DNA from: Azolla caroliniana
Taxonomy: Eukaryota; Plantae; Polypodiophyta
Reading direction: 5' to 3'
Assembly (NCBI GenBank): GCA_043228905.1
Contig: JBHGNT010000045.1
Span: forward strand, 62,001 to 126,000
DNA length: 64,000 nt
The translations under genes and the position numbers were made by a program. Below, piece after piece: positions 15,001 to 30,100 of this stretch. Numbering within the stretch: the stretch's first letter is position 1; each line of letters opens with the position of its first letter. Below the pieces are notes generated by a model. It did no database searches, had not been told where the DNA came from, and saw nothing but the letters and a program-made list of their open reading frames with translations.

Positions 15001-18000
15001 ATCACACGAGCCAGGTATGAACATTTTAATTTACTCAAGGGCTTCTCTCAACTCCCTCCTCATGTTTGCTAATTTCGTCATGTCTCTCGACCTGAGTTTC
15101 AAAATATTGATTTTTTAATTCCATATCATAGCTAGCGTTGTTAGCTTCGATTCGCATGTTTGAACACAAAAATCCGATATCACACGAGCCAGGTATGAAC
15201 ATTTTCATTTACTCAAGGGCTCTTCTCAACTCACTCCTCAAATTTGCTAATTTCGTCATGTCTCTCGACCAGAGTTTGAAAATCTTGATTTTTTAATTCC
15301 ATAGCATAGCTAGCGTTGTTAGCTTCGATTCGCATGTTTGAACACAAAAATCCGATATTACACCAGCCAGGTATGAACATTTTCATTTACTCAAGGGCTC
15401 CTCTCAACTCCCTCCTCATGTTTGCTAATTTTGTCATGTCTCTCGACCTGAGTTTCAAAATCTTGATTTTTTAATTCCATATCATAGCTAGCGTTGTTAG
15501 CTTCGATTCGCATGTTTGAACACAAAAATCCGATATCACACGAGAGAGGTATGAACATTTTAATTTACTCAAGGGCTTCTCTCAACTCCGTCCTCATGTT
15601 TGCTAATTTCGTCATGTCTCTCGACCTGAGTTTCAAAATCTTCATTTTTTAATTCCATATCATAGCTAGCATTGTTAGCTTCGATTGGCATGTTTGAACA
15701 CAAAAATCCGATATTACACGAGCCAGGTATGAACATTTTAATTTCTCAAGGGCTCCTCTCAACTCCCTCCTCAAATTTGGTAATTTCGTCATGTCTCTCG
15801 ACCTGAGTTTCAAAATCTTGATTTTTTAATTCCATAGCATAGCTAGGGTTGTTAGCTTCGATTCGCATGTTTGAACACAAAAATCCGATATTACACCAGC
15901 CAGGTATGAACATTTTCATTTACTCAAGGGGTCCTCTCAACTCACTACTCATGTTTGCTAATTTTGTCATGTCTCTCGACCTGAGTTTCAAAATCTTGAT
16001 TTTTTAATTCCATATCATAGCTAGCGTTGTTAGCTTCGATTCGCATGTTTGAACACGAAAATCCGATATCACACGAGCCAGGTATGAACATTTTAATTTA
16101 CCTCCTGACTCTTCTCAACTCACTCCTCAAATTTGGTAATTTCGTCATGTCTCTCGGATAGAGTTTTCAAAATATTGATTTTTTATTTCCATATCATAGG
16201 TAGTTTTGTTAGCTTCGATTCGCATGTTTGAACACAAACATCGGATATCACACGAGCCAGGTATGAACATTTTAATTTACTCAAGGGCTTCTCTCAACTC
16301 CCTCCTCATGTTTGCTAATTTCGTCATGTCTCTCGACCTGTGTTTTAAAATCTTGATTTTTTAATTCCATATCATAGCTAGCGTTGTTAGCTTCGATTCG
16401 CATGTTTGAACACAAAAATCCGATATCACACGAGCCAGGTATGAACATTTTAATTTACTCAAGGGCTTCTCTCAACTCCCTCCTCATGTTTGCTAATTTC
16501 GTCATGTCTCTCGACTTGAGTTTTAAAATCTTGATTTTTTAATTCCGTATCATAGCTAGCGTTGTTAGCTTCGATTCGCATGTTTGAACACAAAAATCCG
16601 ATATCACACGAGCCAGGTATGAACATTTTAATTTACCTCCTAGCTCTTCTCAACTCACTCCTCAAATTTAGTAATTTCGTCATGTCTCTCGACCTGAGTT
16701 TCAAAATCTTGATTTTTTAATTCCAGATCATAGCTAGCGTTGTTAGCTTCGATACGCATGTTTGAACACAAAAATCCGATATTACACGAGCCAGGTATGA
16801 ACATTTTCATTTACTCAAGGGCTCCTCTCAACTCCCTCCTCAAATTTGGTAATTTCGTCATGTCTCTCGACCAGAGTTTCAAAATGTTGATTTTTTAATT
16901 CCATAGCATAGCTAGCGTTGTTAGCTTCGATTCGCATGTTTGAACACAAAAATCCGATATTACACCAGCCAGGTATGAACATTTTCATTTACTCAAGGGG
17001 TCCTCTCAACTCACTACTCAAATTTGGTAATTTCATCATGTCTCTCGACCAGAGTTTCAAAATCTTGATTTATTAAGTCCATATCATAGCTAGCGTTGTT
17101 AGCTTCGATTCGCATGTTTGAACACAAACATCGGATATCACACGAGCCAGGTATGAACATTTTAATTTACTCAAGGGCTCCTCTCAACTCCCTCCTCATG
17201 TTTGCTAATTTCGTCATGTCTCTCGACTTGAGTTTCAAAATCTTCATTTTTTAATTCCATATCATAGCTAGCGTTGTTAGCTTCGATTCGCATGTTTGAA
17301 CACAAAAATCCGATATCACACGAGCCAGGTATGAACATTTTAATTTACTCAAGGGCTTCTCTCAACTCCCTCCTCATGTTTGCTAATTTCGTCATGTCTC
17401 TCGACCTGAGTTTCAAAATATTGATTTTTTAATTCCATATCATAGCTAGCGTTGTTAGCTTCGATTCGCATGTTTGAACACAAAAATCCGATATCACACG
17501 AGCCAGGTATGAACATTTTCATTTACTCAAGGGCTCTTCTCAACTCACTCCTCAAATTTGCTAATTTCGTCATGTCTCTCGACCAGAGTTTGAAAATCTT
17601 GATTTTTTAATTCCATAGCATAGCTAGCGTTGTTAGCTTCGATTCGCATGTTTGAACACAAAAATCCGATATTACACCAGCCAGGTATGAACATTTTCAT
17701 TTACTCAAGGGCTCCTCTCAACTCCCTCCTCATGTTTGCTAATTTTGTCATGTCTCTCGACCTGAGTTTCAAAATCTTGATTTTTTAATTCCATATCATA
17801 GCTAGCGTTGTTAGCTTCGATTCGCATGTTTGAACACAAAAATCCGATATCACACGAGAGAGGTATGAACATTTTAATTTACTCAAGGGCTTCTCTCAAC
17901 TCCGTCCTCATGTTTGCTAATTTCGTCATGTCTCTCGACCTGAGTTTCAAAATCTTCATTTTTTAATTCCATATCATAGCTAGCATTGTTAGCTTCGATT

Positions 18001-21000
18001 GGCATGTTTGAACACAAAAATCCGATATTACACGAGCCAGGTATGAACATTTTAATTTCTCAAGGGCTCCTCTCAACTCCCTCCTCAAATTTGGTAATTT
18101 CGTCATGTCTCTCGACCTGAGTTTCAAAATCTTGATTTTTTAATTCCATAGCATAGCTAGGGTTGTTAGCTTCGATTCGCATGTTTGAACACAAAAATCC
18201 GATATTACACCAGCCAGGTATGAACATTTTCATTTACTCAAGGGGTCCTCTCAACTCACTACTCATGTTTGCTAATTTTGTCATGTCTCTCGACCTGAGT
18301 TTCAAAATCTTGATTTTTTAATTCCATATCATAGCTAGCGTTGTTAGCTTCGATTCGCATGTTTGAACACGAAAATCCGATATCACACGAGCCAGGTATG
18401 AACATTTTAATTTACCTCCTGACTCTTCTCAACTCACTCCTCAAATTTGGTAATTTCGTCATGTCTCTCGGATAGAGTTTTCAAAATATTGATTTTTTAT
18501 TTCCATATCATAGGTAGTTTTGTTAGCTTCGATTCGCATGTTTGAACACAAACATCGGATATCACACGAGCCAGGTATGAACATTTTAATTTACTCAAGG
18601 GCTTCTCTCAACTCCCTCCTCATGTTTGCTAATTTCGTCATGTCTCTCGACCTGTGTTTTAAAATCTTGATTTTTTAATTCCATATCATAGCTAGCGTTG
18701 TTAGCTTCGATTCGCATGTTTGAACACAAAAATCCGATATCACACGAGCCAGGTATGAACATTTTAATTTACTCAAGGGCTTCTCTCAACTCCCTCCTCA
18801 TGTTTGCTAATTTCGTCATGTCTCTCGACTTGAGTTTTAAAATCTTGATTTTTTAATTCCGTATCATAGCTAGCGTTGTTAGCTTCGATTCGCATGTTTG
18901 AACACAAAAATCCGATATCACACGAGCCAGGTATGAACATTTTAATTTACCTCCTAGCTCTTCTCAACTCCCTCCTCAAATTTAGTAATTTCGTCATGTC
19001 TCTCGACCTGAGTTTCAAAATCTTGATTTTTTAATTCCAGATCATAGCTAGCGTTGTTAGCTTCGATACGCATGTTTGAACACAAAAATCCGATATGACA
19101 CGAGCCAGGTATGAAAATTTCCATTTACTCAAGGGCTCATCTCAACTCACTCCTCAAATTTGCTAATTTCGTCATGTCTCTCGACCAGAGTTTTAAAATC
19201 TTGATTTTTTAATTCCATAGCATAGCTAGCGTTGTTAGCTTCGATTCGCATGTTTGAACACAAAAATCCGATATCACACGAGCCAGGTATGAACATTTTA
19301 ATTTACTCAAGGGCTCTTCTCAACTCACTCCTCAAATTTGCTAATTTCGTCATGTCTCTCGACCAGAGTTTCAAAATCTTGATTTTTTAAGTCCATAGCA
19401 TAGCTAGCGTTGTTAGCTTCGATTCGCATGTTTGAACACAAACATCGGATATCACACGAGCCAGGTATGAACATTTTAATTTACTCAAGGGCTCCTCTCA
19501 ACTCCCTCCTCATGTTTGCTAATTTCGTCATGTCTCTCGACCTGTGTTTCAAAATCTTGATTTTTTAATTCCATATCATAGCTAGCGTTGTTAGCTTCGA
19601 TTCGCATGTTTGAACACAAAAATCCGATATCACACGAGCCAGGTATGAACATTTTAATTTACTCAAGGGCTTCTCTCAACTCCCTCCTCATGTTTGCTAA
19701 TTTCGTCATGTCGCTCGACTTGAGTTTCAAAATCTTGATTTTTTAATTCCATATCATAGCTAGCATTGTTAGCTTCGATTCACATGTTTGAACACAAAAA
19801 TCCGATATGACACGAGCCAGGTATGAACATTTTCATTTACTCAAGGGCTCTTCTCAACTCACTCCTCAAATTTGGTAATTTCGTCATGTCTCTCGACCTG
19901 AGTTTCAAAATATTGATTTTTTAATTCCATATCATAGCTAGCATTGTTAGCTTCGATTGGCATGTTTGAACACAAAAATCCGATATTACACGAGCCAGGT
20001 ATGAACATTTTCATTTACTCAAGGGCTCCTCTCAACTCCCTCCTCAAATTTGGTAATTTCGTCATGTCTCTCGACCAGAGTTTCAAAATGTTGATTTTTT
20101 AATTCCATAGCATAGCTAGCGTTGTTAGCTTCGATTCGCATGTTTGAACACAAAAATCCGATATTACACCAGCCAGGTATGAACATTTTCATTTACTCAA
20201 GGGGTCCTCTCAACTCACTACTCAAATTTGGTAATTTCATCATGTCTCTCGACCAGAGTTTCAAAATCTTGATTTATTAAGTCCATATCATAGCTAGCGT
20301 TGTTAGCTTCGATTCGCATGTTTGAACACAAACATCGGATATCACACGAGCCAGGTATGAACATTTTAATTTACTCAAGGGCTCCTCTCAACTCCCTCCT
20401 CATGTTTGCTAATTTCGTCATGTCTCTCGACTTGAGTTTCAAAATCTTCATTTTTTAATTCCATATCATAGCTAGCGTTGTTAGCTTCGATTCGCATGTT
20501 TGAACACAAAAATCCGATATCACACGAGCCAGGTATGAACATTTTAATTTACTCAAGGGCTTCTCTCAACTCCCTCCTCATGTTTGCTAATTTCGTCATG
20601 TCTCTCGACCTGAGTTTCAAAATATTGATTTTTTAATTCCATATCATAGCTAGCGTTGTTAGCTTCGATTCGCATGTTTGAACACAAAAATCCGATATCA
20701 CACGAGCCAGGTATGAACATTTTCATTTACTCAAGGGCTCTTCTCAACTCACTCCTCAAATTTGCTAATTTCGTCATGTCTCTCGACCAGAGTTTGAAAA
20801 TCTTGATTTTTTAATTCCATAGCATAGCTAGCGTTGTTAGCTTCGATTCGCATGTTTGAACACAAAAATCCGATATTACACCAGCCAGGTATGAACATTT
20901 TCATTTACTCAAGGGCTCCTCTCAACTCCCTCCTCATGTTTGCTAATTTTGTCATGTCTCTCGACCTGAGTTTCAAAATCTTGATTTTTTAATTCCATAT

Positions 21001-24000
21001 CATAGCTAGCGTTGTTAGCTTCGATTCGCATGTTTGAACACAAAAATCCGATATCACACGAGAGAGGTATGAACATTTTAATTTACTCAAGGGCTTCTCT
21101 CAACTCCGTCCTCATGTTTGCTAATTTCGTCATGTCTCTCGACCTGAGTTTCAAAATCTTCATTTTTTAATTCCATATCATAGCTAGCATTGTTAGCTTC
21201 GATTGGCATGTTTGAACACAAAAATCCGATATTACACGAGCCAGGTATGAACATTTTAATTTCTCAAGGGCTCCTCTCAACTCCCTCCTCAAATTTGGTA
21301 ATTTCGTCATGTCTCTCGACCTGAGTTTCAAAATCTTGATTTTTTAATTCCATAGCATAGCTAGGGTTGTTAGCTTCGATTCGCATGTTTGAACACAAAA
21401 ATCCGATATTACACCAGCCAGGTATGAACATTTTCATTTACTCAAGGGGTCCTCTCAACTCACTACTCATGTTTGCTAATTTTGTCATGTCTCTCGACCT
21501 GAGTTTCAAAATCTTGATTTTTTAATTCCATATCATAGCTAGCGTTGTTAGCTTCGATTCGCATGTTTGAACACGAAAATCCGATATCACACGAGCCAGG
21601 TATGAACATTTTAATTTACCTCCTGACTCTTCTCAACTCACTCCTCAAATTTGGTAATTTCGTCATGTCTCTCGGATAGAGTTTTCAAAATATTGATTTT
21701 TTATTTCCATATCATAGGTAGTTTTGTTAGCTTCGATTCGCATGTTTGAACACAAACATCGGATATCACACGAGCCAGGTATGAACATTTTAATTTACTC
21801 AAGGGCTTCTCTCAACTCCCTCCTCATGTTTGCTAATTTCGTCATGTCTCTCGACCTGTGTTTTAAAATCTTGATTTTTTAATTCCATATCATAGCTAGC
21901 GTTGTTAGCTTCGATTCGCATGTTTGAACACAAAAATCCGATATCACACGAGCCAGGTATGAACATTTTAATTTACTCAAGGGCTTCTCTCAACTCCCTC
22001 CTCATGTTTGCTAATTTCGTCATGTCTCTCGACTTGAGTTTTAAAATCTTGATTTTTTAATTCCGTATCATAGCTAGCGTTGTTAGCTTCGATTCGCATG
22101 TTTGAACACAAAAATCCGATATCACACGAGCCAGGTATGAACATTTTAATTTACCTCCTAGCTCTTCTCAACTCCCTCCTCAAATTTAGTAATTTCGTCA
22201 TGTCTCTCGACCTGAGTTTCAAAATCTTGATTTTTTAATTCCAGATCATAGCTAGCGTTGTTAGCTTCGATACGCATGTTTGAACACAAAAATCCGATAT
22301 GACACGAGCCAGGTATGAAAATTTCCATTTACTCAAGGGCTCATCTCAACTCACTCCTCAAATTTGCTAATTTCGTCATGTCTCTCGACCAGAGTTTTAA
22401 AATCTTGATTTTTTAATTCCATAGCATAGCTAGCGTTGTTAGCTTCGATTCGCATGTTTGAACACAAAAATCCGATATCACACGAGCCAGGTATGAACAT
22501 TTTAATTTACTCAAGGGCTCTTCTCAACTCACTCCTCAAATTTGCTAATTTCGTCATGTCTCTCGACCAGAGTTTCAAAATCTTGATTTTTTAAGTCCAT
22601 AGCATAGCTAGCGTTGTTAGCTTCGATTCGCATGTTTGAACACAAACATCGGATATCACACGAGCCAGGTATGAACATTTTAATTTACTCAAGGGCTCCT
22701 CTCAACTCCCTCCTCATGTTTGCTAATTTCGTCATGTCTCTCGACCTGTGTTTCAAAATCTTGATTTTTTAATTCCATATCATAGCTAGCGTTGTTAGCT
22801 TCGATTCGCATGTTTGAACACAAAAATCCGATATCACACGAGCCAGGTATGAACATTTTAATTTACTCAAGGGCTTCTCTCAACTCCCTCCTCATGTTTG
22901 CTAATTTCGTCATGTCGCTCGACTTGAGTTTCAAAATCTTGATTTTTTAATTCCATATCATAGCTAGCATTGTTAGCTTCGATTCACATGTTTGAACACA
23001 AAAATCCGATATGACACGAGCCAGGTATGAACATTTTCATTTACTCAAGGGCTCTTCTCAACTCACTCCTCAAATTTGGTAATTTCGTCATGTCTCTCGA
23101 CCTGAGTTTCAAAATATTGATTTTTTAATTCCATATCATAGCTAGCATTGTTAGCTTCGATTGGCATGTTTGAACACAAAAATCCGATATTACACGAGCC
23201 AGGTATGAACATTTTCATTTACTCAAGGGCTCCTCTCAACTCCCTCCTCAAATTTGGTAATTTCGTCATGTCTCTCGACCAGAGTTTCAAAATGTTGATT
23301 TTTTAATTCCATAGCATAGCTAGCGTTGTTAGCTTCGATTCGCATGTTTGAACACAAAAATCCGATATTACACCAGCCAGGTATGAACATTTTCATTTAC
23401 TCAAGGGGTCCTCTCAACTCACTACTCAAATTTGGTAATTTCATCATGTCTCTCGACCAGAGTTTCAAAATCTTGATTTATTAAGTCCATATCATAGCTA
23501 GCGTTGTTAGCTTCGATTCGCATGTTTGAACACAAACATCGGATATCACACGAGCCAGGTATGAACATTTTAATTTACTCAAGGGCTCCTCTCAACTCCC
23601 TCCTCATGTTTGCTAATTTCGTCATGTCTCTCGACTTGAGTTTCAAAATCTTCATTTTTTAATTCCATATCATAGCTAGCGTTGTTAGCTTCGATTCGCA
23701 TGTTTGAACACAAAAATCCGATATCACACGAGCCAGGTATGAACATTTTAATTTACTCAAGGGCTTCTCTCAACTCCCTCCTCATGTTTGCTAATTTCGT
23801 CATGTCTCTCGACCTGAGTTTCAAAATATTGATTTTTTAATTCCATATCATAGCTAGCGTTGTTAGCTTCGATTCGCATGTTTGAACACAAAAATCCGAT
23901 ATCACACGAGCCAGGTATGAACATTTTCATTTACTCAAGGGCTCTTCTCAACTCACTCCTCAAATTTGCTAATTTCGTCATGTCTCTCGACCAGAGTTTG

Positions 24001-25280
24001 AAAATCTTGATTTTTTAATTCCATAGCATAGCTAGCGTTGTTAGCTTCGATTCGCATGTTTGAACACAAAAATCCGATATTACACCAGCCAGGTATGAAC
24101 ATTTTCATTTACTCAAGGGCTCCTCTCAACTCCCTCCTCATGTTTGCTAATTTTGTCATGTCTCTCGACCTGAGTTTCAAAATCTTGATTTTTTAATTCC
24201 ATATCATAGCTAGCGTTGTTAGCTTCGATTCGCATGTTTGAACACAAAAATCCGATATCACACGAGAGAGGTATGAACATTTTAATTTACTCAAGGGCTT
24301 CTCTCAACTCCGTCCTCATGTTTGCTAATTTCGTCATGTCTCTCGACCTGAGTTTCAAAATCTTCATTTTTTAATTCCATATCATAGCTAGCATTGTTAG
24401 CTTCGATTGGCATGTTTGAACACAAAAATCCGATATTACACGAGCCAGGTATGAACATTTTCATTTCTCAAGGGCTCCTCTCAACTCGCTCCTCAAATTT
24501 GGTAATTTCGTCATGTCTCTCGACCAGAGTTTCAAAATCTTGATTTTTTAATTCCATAGCATAGCTAGGGTTGTTAGCTTCGATTCGCATGTTTGAACAC
24601 AAACATCGGATATCACACGAGCCAAGTATGAACATTTTAATTTACTCAAGGGCTCCTCTCAACTCCCTCCTCATGTTTGCTAATTTCGTCATGTCTCTCG
24701 ACATGTGTTTCAAAATCTTGATTTTTTAATTCCATATCATAGCTAGCGTTGTTAGCTTCGATTCGCATGTTTGAACACGAAAATCCGATATCACACGAGC
24801 CAGGTATGAACATTTTAATTTACCTCCTGACTCTTCTCAACTCACTCCTCAAATTTGGTAATTTCGTCATGTCTCTCGGATAGAGTTTTCAAAATATTGA
24901 TTTTTTATTTCCATATCATAGGTAGTTTTGTTAGCTTCGATTCGCATGTTTGAACACAAACATCGGATATCACACGAGCCAGGTATGAACATTTTAATTT
25001 ACTCAAGGGCTTCTCTCAACTCCCTCCTCATGTTTGCTAATTTCGTCATGTCTCTCGACCTGTGTTTCAAAATCTTGATTTTTTAATTCCATATCATAGC
25101 TAGCGTTGTTAGCTTCGATTCGCATGTTTGAACACAAAAATCCGATATCACACGAGCCAGGTATGAACATTTTAATTTACTCAAGGGCTTCTCTCAACTC
25201 CCTCCTCATGTTTGCTAATTTCGTCATGTCTCTCGACTTGAGTTTTAAAATCTTGATTTTTTAATTCCGTATCATAGGTA
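9100..25280 (+). repeat. 18-monomer (3204-bp) higher-order repeat domain with 24-mer and 13-mer variant units
   Basis: The CACGAGAGAGG variant lies at 12341, 15545, 17859, 21063 and 24267 (spacings 3204, 2314, 3204, 3204). TTCCAGATC lies at 9249, 13521, 16725, 19039 and 22243 (spacings 4272, 3204, 2314, 3204). 3204=18x178, 2314=13x178, 4272=24x178. Confidence 0.9.
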
Positions 25281-27199
25281 GCATTGTTAGCTTCGATTCG
25301 CATGTTTGAACACAAAAATCCGATATGACACGAGCCAGGTATGAACATTTTCATTTACTCAAGGGCTCTTCTCAACTCACTCCTCAAATTTGGTAATTTC
25401 GTCATGTCTCTCGACCAGAGTTTCAAAATCTTGATTTTTTAATTCCATATCATAGCTAGCGTTGTTAGCTTCGATTCGCATGTTTGAACACAAAAATCCG
25501 ATATTACACCAGCCAGTTATGAACATTTTCATTTACTCAAGGGGTCCTCTCAACTCACTACTCATGTTTGCTAATTTTGTCATGTCTCTCGACCTGAGTT
25601 TCAAAATCTTGATTTTTTAATTCCATATCATAGCTAGCGTTGTTAGCTTCGATTCGCATGTTTGAACACGAAAATCCGATATCACACGAGCCAGGTATGA
25701 ACATTTTAATTTACCTCCTGACTCTTCTCAACTCACTCCTCAAATTTGGTAATTTCGTCATGTCTCTCGGATAGAGTTTTCAAAATATTGATTTTTTATT
25801 TCCATATCATAGGTAGTTTTGTTAGCTTCGATTCGCATGTTTGAACACAAACATCGGATATCACACGAGCCAGGTATGAACATTTTAATTTACTCAAGGG
25901 CTCCTCTCAACTCCCTCCTCATGTTTGCTAATTTCGTCATGTCTCTCGACCTGTGTTTCAAAATCTTGATTTTTTAATTCCATATCATAGCTAGCGTTGC
26001 TAGCTTCGATTCGCATGTTTGAACACAAAAATCCGATAGTACACGAGCCAGGTATGAACATTTTCATTTACTCAAGGGCTCCTCTCAACTCCCTCCTCAA
26101 ATTTGGTAATTTCGTCATGTCTCTCGACCTAAGTTTCAAAATCTTGATTTTTTAATTCCGTATCATAGCTAGCGTTGTTAGCTTCGATACGCATGTTTGA
26201 ACACAAAAATCCGATATGACACGAGCCAGGTATGAACATTTTCATTTACTCAAGGGCTCTTCTCAACTCCCTCCTCAAATTTGGTAATTTCGTCATGTCT
26301 CTCGACCTGAGTTTCAAAATATTGATTTTTTAATTCCATATCATAGCTAGCATTGTTAGCTTCGATTCGCATGTTCGAACACAAAAATCCGATATTACAC
26401 CAGCCAGGTATGAACATTTTCATTTACTCAAGGGGTCCTCTCAACTCACTACTCAAATTTGGTAATTTCATCATGTCTCTTGACCAGAGTTTCAAAATCT
26501 TGATTTATTAAGTCCATATCATAGCTAGCGTTGTTAGCTTCGATTCGCATGTTTGAACACAAACATCGGATATCACACGAGCCAGGTATGAACATTTTAA
26601 TTTACTCAAGGGCTCCTCTCAACTCCCTCCTCATGTTTGCTAATTTCGTCATGTCTCTCGACTTGAGTTTCAAAATCTTGATTTTTTAATTCCATATCAT
26701 AGCTAGCGTTGTTAGCTTCGATTCGCATGTTTGAACACAAAAATCCGATATCACACGAGCCAGGTATGAACATTTTAATTTACTCAAGGGCTTCTCTCAA
26801 CTCCCTCCTCATGTTTGCTAATTTCGTCATGTCTCTCGACCTGAGTTTCAAAATATTGATTTTTTAATTCCATATCATAGCTAGCGTTGTTAGCTTCGAT
26901 TCGCATGTTTGAACACAAAAATCCGATATCACACGAGCCAGGTATGAACATTTTCATTTACTCAAGGGCTCTTCTCAACTCACTCCTCAAATTTGCTAAT
27001 TTCGTCATGTCTCTCAACCAGAGTTTCAAAATATTGATTTTTTAATTCCATAGCATAGCTAGCGTTGTTAGCTTCGATTCGCATGTTTGAACACAAAAAT
27101 CCGATATCACACGAGCCAGGTATGAACATTTTAATTTACTCAAGGGCTCCTCTCAACTCCCTCCTCATGTTTGCTAATTTTGTCATGTCTCTTGACCTG

Positions 27200-30100
27200 A
27201 GTTTCAAAATATTGATTTTTTAATTCCATATCATAGCTAGCGTTGTTAGCTTCGATTGGCATGTTTGAACACGAAAATCCGATATCACACGAGCCAGGTA
27301 TGAACATTTTAATTTACCTCCTGACTCTTCTCAACTCACTCCTCAAATTTGGTAATTTTGTCATGTCTCTCGGATAGAGTTTCAAAATATTGATTTTTTA
27401 TTTCCATATCATAGGTAGTGTTGTTAGCTTTGATTCGCATGTTTGAACACAAAATTCCGATATCACACGAGCCAGGTATGAACATTTTCATTTACTCAAG
27501 GGCTCACCTCAACTCACTACTCAAATTTGGTAATTTCGTCATGTCTCTCGACCAGAGTTTCAAAATCTTGATTTTTTAAGTCCATATCATAGCTAGCGTT
27601 GTTAGCTTCGATTCGCATGTTTGAACACAAACATCGGATATCACACGAGCCAAGTATGAACATTTTAATTTACTCAAGGGCTCCTCTCAACTCCCTCCTC
27701 ATGTTTGCTAATTTCGTCATGTCTCTCGACATGTGTTTCAAAATCTTGATTTTTTAATTCCATATCATAGCTAGCGTTGTTAGCTTCGATTCGCATGTTT
27801 GAACACAAAAATCCGATATCACACGAGCCAGGTATGAACATTTTAATTTACTCAAGGGCTTCTCTCAACTCCCTCCTCATGTTTGCTAATTTCGTCATGT
27901 CTCTCGACTTGAGTTTCAAAATCTTGATTTTTTAATTCCATATCATAGCTAGCATTGTTAGCTTCGATTCGCATGTTTGAACACAAAAATCCGATATGAC
28001 ACGAGCCAGGTATGAACATTTTCATTTACTCAAGGGCTCTTCTCAACTCACTCCTCAAATTTGGTAATTTCGTCATGTCTCTCGACCTGAGTTTCAAAAT
28101 ATTGATTTTTTAATTCCATATCATAGCTAGCATTGTTAGCTTCGATTGGCATGTTTGAACACAAAAATCCGATATTACACGAGCCAGGTATGAACATTTT
28201 CATTTACTCAAGGGCTCCTCTCAACTCCCTCCTCAAATTTGGTAATTTCGTCATGTCTCTCGACCAGAGTTTCAAAATGTTGATTTTTTAATTCCATAGC
28301 ATAGCTAGCGTTGTTAGCTTCGATTCGCATGTTTGAACACAAAAATTCGATATTACACCAGCCAGGTATGAACATTTTCATTTACTCAAGGGGTCCTCTC
28401 AACTCACTACTCAAATTTGGTAATTTCATCATGTCTCTCGACCAGAGTTTCAAAATCTTGATTTATTAAGTCCATATCATAGCTAGCGTTGTTAGCTTCG
28501 ATTCACATGTTTGAACACAAACATCGGATATCACACGAGCCAGGTATGAACATTTTAATTTACTCAAGGGCTCCTCTCAACTCCCTCCTCATGTTTGCTA
28601 ATTTCGTCATGTCTCTCGACATGAGTTTCAAAATCTTCATTTTTTAATTCCATATCATAGCTAGCGTTGTTAGCTTCGATTCGCATGTTTGAACACAAAA
28701 ATCCGATATCACACGAGCCAGGTATGAACATTTTAATTTACTCAAGGGCTCCTCTCAACTCCCTCCTCAAATTTGGTAATTTCGTCATGTCTCTCGACCA
28801 GAGTTTCAAAATGTTGATTTTTTAATTCCATATCATAGCTAGCATTGTTAGCTTCGATTCGCATGTTTGAACACAAAAATCCGATATGACACGAGCCAGG
28901 TATGAACATTTTCATTTACTCAAGGGCTCTTCTCAACTCACTCCTCAAATTTGGTAATTTCGTCATGTCTCTCGACATGAGTTTCAAAATCTTCATTTTT
29001 TAATTCCATATCATAGCTAGCGTTGTTAGCTTCGATTCGCATGTTTGAACACAAAAATCCGATATCACACGAGCCAGGTATGAACATTTTAATTTACTCA
29101 AGGGCTCCTCTCAACTCCCTCCTCAAATTTGGTAATTTCGTCATGTCTCTCGACCAGAGTTTCAAAATGTTGATTTTTTAATTCCATAGCATAGCTAGCG
29201 TTGTTAGCTTCGATTCGCATGTTTGAACACAAAAATCCGATATTACACCAGCCAGGTATGAACATTTTCATTTACTCAAGGGGTCCTCTCAACTCACTAC
29301 TCAAATTTGGTAATTTCATCATGTCTCTTGACCAGAGTTTCAAAATCTTGATTTATTAAGTCCATATCATAGCTAGCGTTGTTAGCTTCGATTCGCATGT
29401 TTGAACACAAACATCGGATATCACACGAGCCAGGTATGAACATTTTAATTTACTCAAGGGCTCCTCTCAACTCCCTCCTCATGTTTGCTAATTTCGTCAT
29501 GTCTCTCGACTTGAGTTTCAAAATCTTGATTTTTTAATTCCATATCATAGCTAGCGTTGTTAGCTTCGATTCGCATGTTTGAACACAAAAATCCGATATC
29601 ACACGAGCCAGGTATGAACATTTTAATTTACTCAAGGGCTTCTCTCAACTCCCTCCTCATGTCTTCTAATTTCGTCATGTCTCTCGACCTGAGTTTCAAA
29701 ATATTGATTTTTTAATTCCATATCATAGCTAGCGTTGTTAGCTTCGATTCGCATGTTTGAACACAAAAATCCGATATCACACGAGCCAGGTATGAACATT
29801 TTCATTTACTCAAGGGCTCTTCTCAACTCACTCCTCAAATTTGCTAATTTCGTCATGTCTCTCAACCAGAGTTTCAAAATATTGATTTTTTAATTCCATA
29901 GCATAGCTAGCGTTGTTAGCTTCGATTCGCATGTTTGAACACAAAAATCCGATATCACACGAGCCAGGTATGAACATTTTAATTTACTCAAGGGCTCCTC
30001 TCAACTCCCTCCTCATGTTTGCTAATTTCGTCATGTCTCTCGACTTGAGTTTCAAAATCTTGATTTTTTAATTCCATATCATAGCTAGCGTTGTTAGCTT

